Below are positions 9,881 through 19,912 of a DNA stretch of 64,000 nucleotides, one piece after another. A program made the position numbers and the translations under genes. The stretch is taken from assembly GCA_963841465.1 (NCBI GenBank), contig CAWJCQ010000006.1, positions 1,168,770 to 1,232,769 of the forward strand, written 5' to 3'. The notes below the pieces were generated by a model. It saw nothing but the letters and a program-made list of their open reading frames with translations, was not told the origin of the DNA and made no database searches. The DNA comes from an uncultured Acidimicrobiia bacterium (GTDB lineage Bacteria > Actinomycetota > Acidimicrobiia > Acidimicrobiales > Ilumatobacteraceae). Numbering within the stretch: the stretch's first letter is position 1; every line of letters starts with the position of its first letter.

Positions 9881-9936
9881 CCCGCACAGTCAATCAAATC
9901 CCGAGTGATTCCATCAACTTTATCGGGAATTCCCCG

Positions 9937-10524
9937 GTGAGGCCGTTCGCCTACCCCGTCTACCTGGACCTCTCCGGCGTGCCGGTGCTCGTGGTCGGAG
10001 CCGGACCGGTGTCCGCCCGCAAGGTCGAGGGCCTCGCCGCCGCCGGCGCGTTTGTGCGCGTGGTCGCGCCCGACGTGTCGCCGTCGCTCAAACGCGAGCT
10101 CGTCGCCGAACTCCGCGAGCGCCGGTTTCTCGCCGCCGACCTCGACGGCGTCCGGCTCGTGATCACCGCGACCGGCGATCGCGAGGTCGACGCGGCGGTT
10201 GCTGCGGCGGCGACGGCGGCGGGGCTGTGGGTCAACGCCGCCGACCAGCCCGCCGACTGCACCTTCATCCTCCCCGCGATCGCCCGCAACGGCCCGCTCG
10301 CCGTCGCCGTCAGCACCGGCGGGGCAAGCCCCGCCCTCGCCCGACGCCTCCGCGACCACGCCGCCGCGCTGCTCACCGACGAGGTCGTCGCGCTCGCCGC
10401 GACCCTGGCTGCCGATCGGGCGGCGATCCGGGCGACCGGCGCATCGACTGAGGACGTCGACTGGTCCGCGGCGATCGACGCCGTGCTCCCTCCCGTCGAT
10501 GCCCCCGACCTCGACCGTCGGTAA
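9937..10524 (+). CDS. precorrin-2 dehydrogenase / sirohydrochlorin ferrochelatase (CysG N-terminal-like, SirC/Met8 type)
   Basis: 195 aa. Rossmann motif VLVVGAGPVSARKVEGL. Divergent from cysH and next to the siroheme-dependent sulfite reductase. Confidence 0.7.
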   Translation: MRPFAYPVYLDLSGVPVLVVGAGPVSARKVEGLAAAGAFVRVVAPDVSPSLKRELVAELRERRFLAADLDGVRLVITATGDREVDAAVAAAATAAGLWVNAADQPADCTFILPAIARNGPLAVAVSTGGASPALARRLRDHAAALLTDEVVALAATLAADRAAIRATGASTEDVDWSAAIDAVLPPVDAPDLDRR

Positions 10525-10535
10525 CTTCGACGGCG

Positions 10536-11450
10536 GTGAAGACCGCGCTGGCCAACTTGACGTCCCGCCTCGTCGGGCGCCGGCGCGAGATCGAGCTCGT
10601 GCTCGCGGCCCTCGACGCCGGGCGGCACATCGTGATCGAGGGGCCGCCGGGTACCGGCAAGTCGACGCTGCTGCGCGCGGTCGCCGACGAGCTCGGCGTC
10701 GGGTTCGAGTTCGTCGAGGGCAACGCCGAGCTGACTCCCGCCCGCCTCGTCGGCCACTTCGACCCGGCCCGGGTGCTCGCCGAGGGCTACGACCCCGACG
10801 TCTTCGTCGACGGCGCCCTCGTGACGGCGATGCGCGAGGGTGCGCTGCTCTACGTCGAGGAGCTCAACCGTGTGCCGGAGGAGACGCTCAACGTGCTGAT
10901 CACGGTGATGAGCGAGCGCGAGCTGCACGTGCCGCGCCTCGGGCGGGTCGTCGCCGATCCCGGCTTCCGCCTGGTGGCGGCGATGAACCCGTTCGACGCC
11001 GTCGGCACCGCCCGCATCTCGAGCGCGGTGTACGACCGGGTGTGCCGGCTCAGCGTCGACTACCAGTCGGCGCGGGAGGAGGAGGCGATCGTCGCCCGCG
11101 CCGTCCCTGCGACGGACGAGCGCTGGCTGGCGAAGATGGTCGAGCTCGTCCGGCGGACGCGGACGCATCCCGACCTGCGCGTCGGGTCGTCCGTGCGCGG
11201 CGCCCTCGACGCCACCGCCGTTGTGGCCTCGCTCGCCGCCCTCCGCGAGCAACCGGTCACCACGCCGTCGGTCGGGCTCGACGCCGTCCTCATCGCCCTG
11301 TCCGGCAGGGTGCGCCTGCGCGAGGGCTCGCTACGCACGACCGAGGAGATCATCACCGAGCTGTGGCGCGACGTGTTCGGTAGCTCCTCCGACGGCGACG
11401 AGGCGAGCGAGGGAAAAGCGATCGCCCCGACGGGGGCTTCCCCGGGCTGA
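10536..11450 (+). CDS. MoxR-like AAA+ ATPase
   Basis: 304 aa. Walker A GPPGTGKS, Walker B LLYVEELNR, typical MoxR length. Confidence 0.85.
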   Translation: MKTALANLTSRLVGRRREIELVLAALDAGRHIVIEGPPGTGKSTLLRAVADELGVGFEFVEGNAELTPARLVGHFDPARVLAEGYDPDVFVDGALVTAMREGALLYVEELNRVPEETLNVLITVMSERELHVPRLGRVVADPGFRLVAAMNPFDAVGTARISSAVYDRVCRLSVDYQSAREEEAIVARAVPATDERWLAKMVELVRRTRTHPDLRVGSSVRGALDATAVVASLAALREQPVTTPSVGLDAVLIALSGRVRLREGSLRTTEEIITELWRDVFGSSSDGDEASEGKAIAPTGASPG

Positions 11451-11542
11451 AGGAGGGCCAGCAGGCCCTCGACGCCATCGACAAGGCGAAGAAGTCGACG
11501 ACCTCGCGCCGCGAGCTCGCCCGGCGGCCGCGCTTCGAACAG

Positions 11543-12370
11543 GTGTCGCCGGACGTCGGCCGGCTCGACGAGGCGGCCTTCGACGACCTGATGAACGACG
11601 ATCCCGACGAGGCCATGGCGATGCTCGCCGACATGACCCGGGCCACCGATGCCCGGCTGCGCGAGCTGGCCCGCCGGCTCGCCAGCCGGCTGATGCTGGA
11701 GGTCGCCCGACGGGGTCGGTCGCGGCCGCGGGGGACGGGCCATATCGAGACGATGCCCTACCTGCCCGACGCCGGCGACCTCGACATCGACGCCAGCACC
11801 GAAGCGATCGTCGAGGCGCGGGCGGCGGGGTCGGCGATCGACCCTGAGCGCCTACGGGTCCGGCGCTGGGTGCAGCCGCGCACGGCGGTGTGCCTGCTCG
11901 TCGACCGCAGCGGCTCGATGGGCGGGCGCCCGCTGGCCACCAGCGCTGTCGCCGCCGCTGCCGTCGCCTTCCGGGCGCCGGAGGACTGGAGCGTGGTGTC
12001 GTTCGCCAAGGACTCCGTGGTCGTCAAGTCGCAGGACGGCTGGCGCCCGGTGGAGGCCGTCGTCGACGGCATCCTCGCCCTACGCGGCCACGGCACCACC
12101 GACCTCGCCGGCGCCCTCGCGGTTGCCGGCCAGCAGCTGGCCCGGTCGCGGGCGGGGCGCAAGATCGTTGTGCTGCTGTCGGACTGTCGTGCCACCGAGC
12201 CTGGTGACGTGGTCGTCGCCGCCTCCGCCCTCGACGAGCTGGCGATCGTGGCTCCCGAGGGCGACGACGCGGCAGCGGTCGAGCTGGCGGCGCAGGTCGG
12301 TGCGACGCTGACGACCGTCACCGGACCGACCGCCGCCGCCGACGCCCTCACTCGGGTGCTGTCCTTCTGA
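11543..12370 (+). CDS. VWA (von Willebrand factor A) domain protein, MoxR partner
   Basis: 275 aa. MIDAS motif DRSGSMGG. Immediately downstream of the MoxR ATPase. Start uncertain. Confidence 0.7.
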   Translation: MSPDVGRLDEAAFDDLMNDDPDEAMAMLADMTRATDARLRELARRLASRLMLEVARRGRSRPRGTGHIETMPYLPDAGDLDIDASTEAIVEARAAGSAIDPERLRVRRWVQPRTAVCLLVDRSGSMGGRPLATSAVAAAAVAFRAPEDWSVVSFAKDSVVVKSQDGWRPVEAVVDGILALRGHGTTDLAGALAVAGQQLARSRAGRKIVVLLSDCRATEPGDVVVAASALDELAIVAPEGDDAAAVELAAQVGATLTTVTGPTAAADALTRVLSF

Positions 12371-12481
12371 TCCGGCCCGATCGGGCCGGAATCCGACGAG
12401 GTTGGGCGAGCGCCGCTGCGGAGCGGCGGCGGCGAGCTCGGAGGCGAGGCGAGCAGCTTGGCTGCGAGTCGAGCCCGAGCG

Positions 12482-13780
12482 TTACGGACACTGGACGTCG
12501 CGCGGCGGGACGATGCCGACGTTGTTCTCCTGCGGTCCTGGGGCCGCGCTCGTCGGCGGGGCGGTCTCGGGCGCCGACGCTGCGGTGCGCTCGGGTGTGC
12601 CGGTGGTCGGCTCGAACGACTGCACCGGCGCGTCGGCGAGCGACGTGTCGCCGCGGAACATCGCCAGCACGGCCTGCATGTTCTCGCCGCCGATCCGCGG
12701 CTCGAGCACCGACGACCCGCCGATCGTCTTGCCGACCGCCTCGATCTGGTACGACGGGATGGCGTTGGGTTGGACATCCCGCAGCACGCCGGCGAACTCC
12801 ATCAGCTTGGCCAGCGTGAGCTTGTCGTCGGTGACGACCTCGCCGTTCGTGGCGGTGCTGATCAGGCCGCGCACGACGCTCGGGTTGAGCAGCCCCTTGG
12901 ACAGCACGCTCGACAGCGTGCGCCGGAGGAAGTCCTGCTGGCGGGAGATCCGCCCGAGGTCCGACGACGGATCCGTCTTCCAGTTCCCGCTGCCCGGCGG
13001 ATCCTCGAACTGGTAGTGGCGGGATCGCACGTAGGCCAGGGCGTGGTCGCCGTTGAACGTGTAACAGCCCGTCGTCGGCACGTCGAGGCCGGTACTCGGG
13101 TCGCGGGCCGGGTAGGCGAACGGCACCGTGACCCCCCCGACGGCGTCGACGAGGGTCTTGAAGGCGCAGAAGTCGACCTGGATGTAGTGGTCGATGCCGA
13201 TGCCGAAGTTCTGGTAGATGGTGTCGATCAGGCGCTGCGGCTCGTTGCGCTGGTAAGCCGAGTTGATCCTGCTCTTGGCGCTGGTGCCGGCGATGTTGAT
13301 GTAGAGGTCACGGGGGAACGAGAGCACCGCCACGCGGTCGGCGGCCGGGTCGACGCGGAAGACCATGATCGTGTCGCTGCGCTCGCCGACGCGGCCGCTG
13401 GTGGCATCGCCGAACGCCGGTGCGAACGGCGAGTTGGGGTCGACGCATGCGTTGTTGTCGGCGCCGGTGAGCAGGAAGTTCTGGGCCTGCGGGTCGGCCG
13501 GCGGAAACGTCTCGTTGGTCGTCGTCACCGGCGCCGGCGCGGTCGTGGCGCCCGGTGCAACAGTCGTCGTCGGTCCACTCGTCGTCGGCGTGGGCGCCGG
13601 TGCGGCTTCGGCGGGGTTGGTGATCTGGACCACGGGGCGCCGCCCGACGATCACGTAGGCGGCGACCAGCGTGCCAGCGGCGAGGAAGCTGAGGACGGCG
13701 GCGAGGATCGTCGCGGTGATCGCCAGCCGCTCCGGCCAGGTCCGGTGGGACGTCGCTGGACGCGGTCCCGGCTCGGCCAT
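12482..13780 (-). CDS. LCP (LytR-CpsA-Psr) family cell-envelope phosphotransferase
   Basis: 432 aa. N-terminal TM anchor. DTIMVFRVDP...VLSFPRDLYINI...INSAY core typical of the LCP domain. Confidence 0.8.
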   Translation of the reverse strand: MAEPGPRPATSHRTWPERLAITATILAAVLSFLAAGTLVAAYVIVGRRPVVQITNPAEAAPAPTPTTSGPTTTVAPGATTAPAPVTTTNETFPPADPQAQNFLLTGADNNACVDPNSPFAPAFGDATSGRVGERSDTIMVFRVDPAADRVAVLSFPRDLYINIAGTSAKSRINSAYQRNEPQRLIDTIYQNFGIGIDHYIQVDFCAFKTLVDAVGGVTVPFAYPARDPSTGLDVPTTGCYTFNGDHALAYVRSRHYQFEDPPGSGNWKTDPSSDLGRISRQQDFLRRTLSSVLSKGLLNPSVVRGLISTATNGEVVTDDKLTLAKLMEFAGVLRDVQPNAIPSYQIEAVGKTIGGSSVLEPRIGGENMQAVLAMFRGDTSLADAPVQSFEPTTGTPERTAASAPETAPPTSAAPGPQENNVGIVPPRDVQCP

Positions 13781-13808
13781 GAGGCGCTGAATCTACTGCT
13801 TGACCCGG

Positions 13809-16367
13809 TCAGGTTCCGGTCACGCCGGTCCCGTCCAGCACCACGTCGACGGCCAGCTCCGTGCCCTCGGCGAGCTCCAGCCGGTCGACGGTGAGGACGT
13901 CGACGAGGTCGGCGCGGGCTGCCTCGAGCGACACGAGCGCACCGGCCGGTCCGGTGACCGTCAGCCGGGCGACCTCGGCCCGCTGACTCTTCTTGGCCTC
14001 GGTCTTGGCACGGCGGACCGACGCCAGCACCTCGCTGACGATGTCGAGGTCGACCCCGCCGCCGTCGTGGCCGCTGGCGACCGGCCACGTGCCGGCGTGG
14101 ATGCTCTCGTCGTGCGACCAGCTCCACGCTTCGTCGGCGGCGAACGGCAGCGCCGGGGCGAGCAGCCGCTGCAGCGCCTCGAGCGCGGTGGCGAGCGCGG
14201 TGACCGCCGAGGATGCGGGCCCGTCGCCCTGCCCGCCGTAGGCCCGACCCTTGACCAGCTCGACGTAGTCGTCGCAGAACCACCAGAAGAACGACTCCGT
14301 GCGCTCGAGGGCGCGGGCGTAGTCGAAGCTCTCGAAGGCGGTGGTCGCCTCGGCGATCGTGGCGTCGAAGCGGGCGAGCATCGCCCGGTCGACCGGCTCG
14401 GTGACGGTGCCGGACTCGACGCCCTCGACCGCGCCGGCAATGCCGAGCACGAACTTGGTGACGTTGAGCAGCTTGGTGGCGAGCCGCCGCCCGACCTTCA
14501 TCTGGTCCTCACTGAACGCGGTGTCGACGCCGGGACGCGCCGAGATCGCCCAGTAGCGGACGGCGTCGGTGCCGTAGCGGTCGAACAGGGCCATCGGCGT
14601 GACGACGTTGCCCTTCGACTTCGACATCTTCTTGCGGTCGGGGTCGAGGATCCAGCCGTTGATCGTGGCGTTCGTCCACGGCAGCGAGCCGTGCTCGTAG
14701 TGCGAGCGCACGATCGTCGAGAACAGCCACGTGCGGATGATCTCCGGTCCCTGCGGGCGCAGGTCCATCGGGAACACCCTGGACCACAGGTCGGGATCGT
14801 CGACCCAGCGTCCGCCGATCTGCGGTGTCAGCGACGATGTCGCCCACGTGTCCATGATGTCGGGGTCGCCGACGAAGCCGCCCGGCAGACCGCGCTGAGC
14901 CGGGTCGTAGCCCGGCGGGATGTCGGTCGACGGGTCGATCGGCAGCGTGTCCTCGTCGGGCACGATCGGGTGGTCGTAATCGACCGAGCCGTCGTCGGCG
15001 ATCGGGTACCACAGCGGGATCGGCACGCCGAAGAAGCGCTGGCGGCTGATCAGCCAGTCGCCGTTGAGCCCCTCGACCCAATGCTCGTAGCGGTGGCGCA
15101 TGTGGTCGGGGAACCAGTTCAGCTCCTTGCCGCGGAGCAGGAACGCCTCCCGGCGGTCCTGGTCGCGCCCGCCGTTGCGGATGTACCACTGGCGGCTGGT
15201 GACGATCTCCAGCGGTCGGCTGCCGCGCTCGTAGAACTTCACCGGGTGGGTGATCGAGCGGGGCTCGCCGCGCAACTCTCCTGACGCGGTCAGCAACTCG
15301 ACCATCGCCGTCTGGGCCTGCTTCACCGTGCGCCCGGCGAGCTGGGCGTAGGCGGCCCGGGCCGCATCGGTGGTCAGCCACGGCGGCTCCGTGTCGATGA
15401 ACCGCCCGTCGCGACCGATCACGCTGTGCACCGGCAGCGCCAGCTCGCGCCACCACGTGACGTCGGCGGTGTCGCCGAACGTGCAGACCATCGCGATGCC
15501 GGTGCCCTTGTCGGGCTGGGCGAGGGGGTGGGCGACGATCGGCACCTCGACGCCGAAGACGGGCGTCCGCGCCGCCTTGCCGACGAGCCTGCGGAACCGA
15601 CGATCGTCGGGGTGGGCGACGAGGGCGACGCAGCTGACGACCAGCTCGGGCCGCGTGGTGTCGATCAGCACCTCGCCGTCGGGACCGTGGAACGCCAGGA
15701 GGTGGTAGGCGCCGGGCCGCTCGCGGTCCTCGATCTCGGCTTGGGCGACGGCGGTGCGGTCGTCGACGTCCCACACCGTTGGCGCCTCGGCGCTGTATGC
15801 CTCGCCGCGGGTGAGGTTGTGGAGGAACGCGGCCTGGCTGGTCCAGCGGCTGATGTCGTTGATCGTCTCGTACTGGTAGGACCAGTCGAACGAGATCCCG
15901 AGGCGCCGGAAGACCTCCTCGAAGACGGCCTCGTCGGTGGCGGTGAGCTCGTGGCACAGCTCGACGAAGTTGGGCCGCGAGATCGCGATCTCCTGGTGAT
16001 CCTTCGCGGCATCGCCGCGGTAGGGCGGCGTGAAGGTGGGGTCGTAGGGCTGTGACGGGTCGCAGCGCACGCCGTGGTAGTTCTGCACCCGGCGCTCGGT
16101 GGCAAGGCCGTTGTCGTCCCAGCCGATCGGGAAGAACACCACTTGACCGGCCATCCGCCGCTGGCGGGCGATCGCGTCGGTGTGGACGTAGCCGAACACG
16201 TTGCCCATGTGGATCGAGCCGGACACGGTCGGTGGCGGGGTGTCGATCGAGAACACCCTGTCCCGTTCGGCGGTGCGGTCGAAGCGGTAGATCCCGTCCG
16301 CCTCCCAGCGCTCGATCCATCGCTGCTCGATCCCGTCCAGCGTCGGTTTGTCCGGGATCCGGCCCAT
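13809..16367 (-). CDS. valS: valine--tRNA ligase
   Basis: HIGH-type motif SIHMGNVFGY and KMSKS motif (KMSKSKGN). Start set at the internal ATG (MGRIPDKPTLDGIEQRW) instead of ORF start 16463. Confidence 0.95.
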   Translation of the reverse strand: MGRIPDKPTLDGIEQRWIERWEADGIYRFDRTAERDRVFSIDTPPPTVSGSIHMGNVFGYVHTDAIARQRRMAGQVVFFPIGWDDNGLATERRVQNYHGVRCDPSQPYDPTFTPPYRGDAAKDHQEIAISRPNFVELCHELTATDEAVFEEVFRRLGISFDWSYQYETINDISRWTSQAAFLHNLTRGEAYSAEAPTVWDVDDRTAVAQAEIEDRERPGAYHLLAFHGPDGEVLIDTTRPELVVSCVALVAHPDDRRFRRLVGKAARTPVFGVEVPIVAHPLAQPDKGTGIAMVCTFGDTADVTWWRELALPVHSVIGRDGRFIDTEPPWLTTDAARAAYAQLAGRTVKQAQTAMVELLTASGELRGEPRSITHPVKFYERGSRPLEIVTSRQWYIRNGGRDQDRREAFLLRGKELNWFPDHMRHRYEHWVEGLNGDWLISRQRFFGVPIPLWYPIADDGSVDYDHPIVPDEDTLPIDPSTDIPPGYDPAQRGLPGGFVGDPDIMDTWATSSLTPQIGGRWVDDPDLWSRVFPMDLRPQGPEIIRTWLFSTIVRSHYEHGSLPWTNATINGWILDPDRKKMSKSKGNVVTPMALFDRYGTDAVRYWAISARPGVDTAFSEDQMKVGRRLATKLLNVTKFVLGIAGAVEGVESGTVTEPVDRAMLARFDATIAEATTAFESFDYARALERTESFFWWFCDDYVELVKGRAYGGQGDGPASSAVTALATALEALQRLLAPALPFAADEAWSWSHDESIHAGTWPVASGHDGGGVDLDIVSEVLASVRRAKTEAKKSQRAEVARLTVTGPAGALVSLEAARADLVDVLTVDRLELAEGTELAVDVVLDGTGVTGT

Positions 16368-16437
16368 CGGACCAGGATACGAGACCGGTCGAATACATCC
16401 GCGGGCGGAACCGGCGGCCCCCGTAGCGTTGGCCGTC

Positions 16438-17796
16438 GTGCTCCGGCTGTACGACACCGCCACCCGGGAGGTCCGCGAGCTCGCGCTCCGGGACCCGGGA
16501 AAGGTGTCGATCTACCTGTGCGGCCCCACCGTTTACGGGCCACCTCACCTCGGTCATGGCCGGGCGACGATGCAGTACGACTTCCTGCGCCGCTACCTCG
16601 AGTGGACGGGCGTCGACGTGCGCCTCGTCTCCAACGTCACCGACATCGACGACAAGATCATCGAGCGCGCCGAGCGCGAGGGACGGGACTCGGCGGAGAT
16701 CGCACGGCGCTGCGAGTCCGTGTGGTGGTCGGCGATGGCGGCGGTGGGCGTGGACCCGCCGACGGACGTCCCTCACGCCACCGAGTGGGTCGACGAGATG
16801 GTCGACATGATCGGCAGGCTCGTCGAGATCGGGCGCGCCTACGTCACCGACGATGGTGTCTACCTCTCCGTGGACACTGTCGAGGACTACGGTCTGCTCG
16901 CCCAGCAGTCGCTCGACGAGCTGCTTGTCGGCGGCGGCGAACGGGAGGTTTACGGCGCGGCAAGCAAGCGCAACCCCGCCGATTTCGCGCTCTGGAAGCT
17001 GGCCAAGCCTGGCGAGCCGTCGTGGGAGTCGCCATGGGGCGCGGGGCGCCCTGGGTGGCACAGCGAGTGCGTCGTCATGAGCCTCGAGCTGCTCGGCGAG
17101 GGCTTCGACCTGCACTGCGGTGGCCTCGACCTCAAGTTCCCGCACCACGAGAACGAGCGGGCCCAGGCCGTCGCCCTCGGCCGGCGCTTCGCCAACCACT
17201 GGATGCACCACGCCTTCGTCGTCGATCGGACCGGCGAGAAGATGTCGAAGTCTCTCGGCAACTTCGAGAACCTGCTCGACTTCGTCGAGCAGCACGACCC
17301 CCGCTCGTTCCGGCTGCTGCTGCTGCAGGCCCACTACCGCTCGCCGGTATCGGTCGACGCCGAGATCGCGGTGTCGGCCGAGCGGGCGCTCGCCGGGCTC
17401 GACGCCTTCGCCCGCCGCACCGCCGACCTCCCGCCGGCGCCCGCCGATGCCGATGTGCTCCAGCGCTTCCGGGCGCACATGGACGATGACCTGGATACGC
17501 CCGGGGCGATGGCCGTCGTGTTCGACGCCGTGCGCCGCGGCAACGCGGCGGTCGACGCCGGCGATGTCGCCACGGCTGCCTCGCTCGCCGCCGCCGTCCG
17601 AGACGTCACGTCCGCCGTCGGCCTCGAGCTCGGGCGCGCTGACGACGTGCCGGCCGATGTCCAGGCGCGCGTCGCCGAGCTCGACGCTGCCCGCTCCGCC
17701 AAGGACTACGCCACTGCTGACGCGATCCGCGCCGAGCTGCACGCCGGCGGTTGGATCGTCGAGACCACACCGAGCGGGACGTCCGTTCGGCGGTGA
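16438..17796 (+). CDS. cysS: cysteine--tRNA ligase
   Basis: CGPTVYGPPHLGHGR (HIGH) and KMSKSLGN motifs. Start placed at in-frame GTG 16438 (LRLYDT...), so it does not overlap valS. Confidence 0.95.
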   Translation: MLRLYDTATREVRELALRDPGKVSIYLCGPTVYGPPHLGHGRATMQYDFLRRYLEWTGVDVRLVSNVTDIDDKIIERAEREGRDSAEIARRCESVWWSAMAAVGVDPPTDVPHATEWVDEMVDMIGRLVEIGRAYVTDDGVYLSVDTVEDYGLLAQQSLDELLVGGGEREVYGAASKRNPADFALWKLAKPGEPSWESPWGAGRPGWHSECVVMSLELLGEGFDLHCGGLDLKFPHHENERAQAVALGRRFANHWMHHAFVVDRTGEKMSKSLGNFENLLDFVEQHDPRSFRLLLLQAHYRSPVSVDAEIAVSAERALAGLDAFARRTADLPPAPADADVLQRFRAHMDDDLDTPGAMAVVFDAVRRGNAAVDAGDVATAASLAAAVRDVTSAVGLELGRADDVPADVQARVAELDAARSAKDYATADAIRAELHAGGWIVETTPSGTSVRR

Positions 17797-19871
17797 GCCG
17801 CAGCGCCGACCCGTCGGGCGAGCTGGTGCTTCCCCGCCAACTTTCCGCGGAAACGGCCGGAAGTTGGCCGCTAGCGCGGAAAGTTGGCGAATCCGGCCAC
17901 CGATCACGGGCAACCCTCGGGTACCAGCCGGGGCTCGACGGACTGCGGGCGCTGTCGGTGATCGCCGTCATCTGCTACCACGCCGGGTTCGGCTGGATGC
18001 ACGGCGGGTGGATCGGCGTCGAGGTCTTCTTCGTCATCTCCGGGTTCCTGATCACCTCGCTGCTGATCGGCGAGCGCGAGCGCACCGGCCGGATCCGCCT
18101 CGGCGAGTTCTGGCGCCGCCGCGCCCGGCGGCTGCTGCCGGCGCTGTTCGTGATGCTCGCCGTGATCGCCGCCGTCACGCTGGCCGTCGGCACCGCCGCC
18201 GAGCGGGGCGGGATGCGGCGCGACCTCCCGTGGGCGATCTTCTACGTCGGCAACTGGGGCCAGATCGTCGGCGGCGTGCCGTACTACGCCACCGATCCGC
18301 CGATCCTCCGGCACCTGTGGAGCCTGGCCATCGAGGAGCAGTACTACCTGGTGTGGCCGGTGGTCTTCGTGGCGCTGACGGCGGGACGGCTGCGGCCGTC
18401 GACGATCGCCCGATGGCTCGCCGGCGTGGCCGTGTTCTTCATGGTGTGGACATGGTGGCTGCACGCCAGCGGGCCCGGACCGGTCCCCTTCTTCGGTGGG
18501 GTCGACCGCGTCAACTTCATGTACCTGTCGACGTTCACCCGCTCGAGCGGGTTGCTGCTGGGGTCGGCGGCGGCGTTCGTGTGGCGCCCGTGGCGAAGGC
18601 CGGCGACCAGCGACCCGGGCCGAGTGCTCGACCTCGCCGGCGGCGCCGCCCTGCTCGGGCTGGGGTCGATTGTCGGGACGGCGACGCTGACGGACGGCTA
18701 CGTCTACCAGTGGCTGCTGCCGATGGTGACGCTGCTGGCGCTGGCCGTCGTGCTCGTCGTCGTCCACCCGGCGGGGCGCCGGATCCGCGGCCTGCTGGCG
18801 TGGCGACCGCTGGTCGAGGTCGGTCGCCGCAGCTACGGGCTCTATCTCTGGCACTGGCCGGTGTTCGCCCTGCTCGGCGCCACCCACGGTTCCTTCGGCC
18901 GCTTCGTCGGCGCGCTCGCCGTGGCGGCGGCGGCGACCGAGCTCAGCTACCACTACGTCGAGCTCCCGGTCCGCAACGACTCGCTTGGACGGTGGTGGCA
19001 CGAGGCCGGGCCGGCGCGGAGTCGAGTGCTGCTGATCGCCACATGCGGCACGGTCCTGCTCGCCGGCTGCTACGCCGCGGTGCGGCCCTACGACCGCGCC
19101 GCCGGTGGCGCCGATGCGACGTTCGCCGCCCCCACGACCACCCAGGCGGCCACCACGGTCCCCGCCGCCGGCCAACCTGTCGTGCCGGCCACCACGGCGC
19201 CGGCGGTCACCGGTTTGGCGATCGTCGGCGACTCCCAGGCTCACGCCCTGGCGATCAACCAGCCCGACGGTCTCGAGGCCACCTTCTCCGTCACCGACGG
19301 CTCCGTCGACGGCTGCAGCGTCTACGACGAGGGCCGCGTCCACAGCAGCCGGACCTCGTTCACCAACTACTTCCAGATCTGCAAGGGGTGGCAGCAGGAG
19401 TGGGCCAGCGCGGTCATCAAGCGCCACGCCTCGCTGGCGCTCGTGGTGCTCGGGGCGTGGGACGTCTTCGACCTCGAGACCGCCGACGGCACCGTGCTCA
19501 CATTCGGCACGGCGGCCTGGGATGACTACGTGCGCGGCCACCTCCAGCAGGGGATCGACGCGCTCGTCGGTGCCGGCGCCCACGTCGCCCTGCTCGAGAT
19601 CCCTTGCATGCGGCCGATCCCGGTCAAGGGGGCGGCCGTGCCGGTGCTGCCCGAACGGGCCGACGACCAGCGCGTCGCCCACGTCAACGCGCTGTGGCAG
19701 GCCGTCGCCGCCGCCAACCCGTCGACGACGACGTTCGTCAAGGGTCCGCCGTGGTGCACCGACCAGGCGATGGCCACCGACGCCGGAATGCGATGGGACG
19801 GCGTCCACGTCTACAAGCCCGGCGCCAAGGCGATCTTCGACGCGATCGCTCCGACCCTCCTGGCGATCTGA
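17751..19871 (+). CDS. acyltransferase family 3 (OafA-like) membrane protein with C-terminal SGNH hydrolase domain
   Basis: LDGLRALSVIAVICYHAG...VEVFFVISGFLIT acyl_transf_3 signature, multiple TM segments, C-terminal LAIVGDSQAHAL (GDS block). The true start is probably downstream of 17751; no ATG occurs before the conserved region. Confidence 0.8.
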   Translation: MDRRDHTERDVRSAVSRSADPSGELVLPRQLSAETAGSWPLARKVGESGHRSRATLGYQPGLDGLRALSVIAVICYHAGFGWMHGGWIGVEVFFVISGFLITSLLIGERERTGRIRLGEFWRRRARRLLPALFVMLAVIAAVTLAVGTAAERGGMRRDLPWAIFYVGNWGQIVGGVPYYATDPPILRHLWSLAIEEQYYLVWPVVFVALTAGRLRPSTIARWLAGVAVFFMVWTWWLHASGPGPVPFFGGVDRVNFMYLSTFTRSSGLLLGSAAAFVWRPWRRPATSDPGRVLDLAGGAALLGLGSIVGTATLTDGYVYQWLLPMVTLLALAVVLVVVHPAGRRIRGLLAWRPLVEVGRRSYGLYLWHWPVFALLGATHGSFGRFVGALAVAAAATELSYHYVELPVRNDSLGRWWHEAGPARSRVLLIATCGTVLLAGCYAAVRPYDRAAGGADATFAAPTTTQAATTVPAAGQPVVPATTAPAVTGLAIVGDSQAHALAINQPDGLEATFSVTDGSVDGCSVYDEGRVHSSRTSFTNYFQICKGWQQEWASAVIKRHASLALVVLGAWDVFDLETADGTVLTFGTAAWDDYVRGHLQQGIDALVGAGAHVALLEIPCMRPIPVKGAAVPVLPERADDQRVAHVNALWQAVAAANPSTTTFVKGPPWCTDQAMATDAGMRWDGVHVYKPGAKAIFDAIAPTLLAI
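17837..17887. promoter_or_regulatory. 13-bp perfect inverted repeat CCAACTTTCCGCG / CGCGGAAAGTTGG with an internal third half-site
   Basis: Arms at 17837-17849 and 17875-17887; partial copy CCGGAAGTTGG at 17857-17867. Lies just after the cysS stop (17796), at or before the acyltransferase start. Confidence 0.35.
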
Positions 19872-19912
19872 CCAACCGTTTCCTGCTGACGGCACGCGGG
19901 TACTCCGCGCCC

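Noticed and set aside
14509-17913. Very long ORFs such as the 1134-aa ORF 14509..17913 (-), and also 36..1298 (-), 4394..6028 (+), 7648..9207 (+), 17904..19946 (-), 20292..21740 (-), 42907..44478 (-)
   Set aside because: They run antisense to, or out of frame with, genes carrying unambiguous motifs (valS, cysS, RTX, sirA and others). Their Arg/Pro/Gly/Ala-rich composition is the usual stop-codon-poor artefact of 70%-GC DNA.
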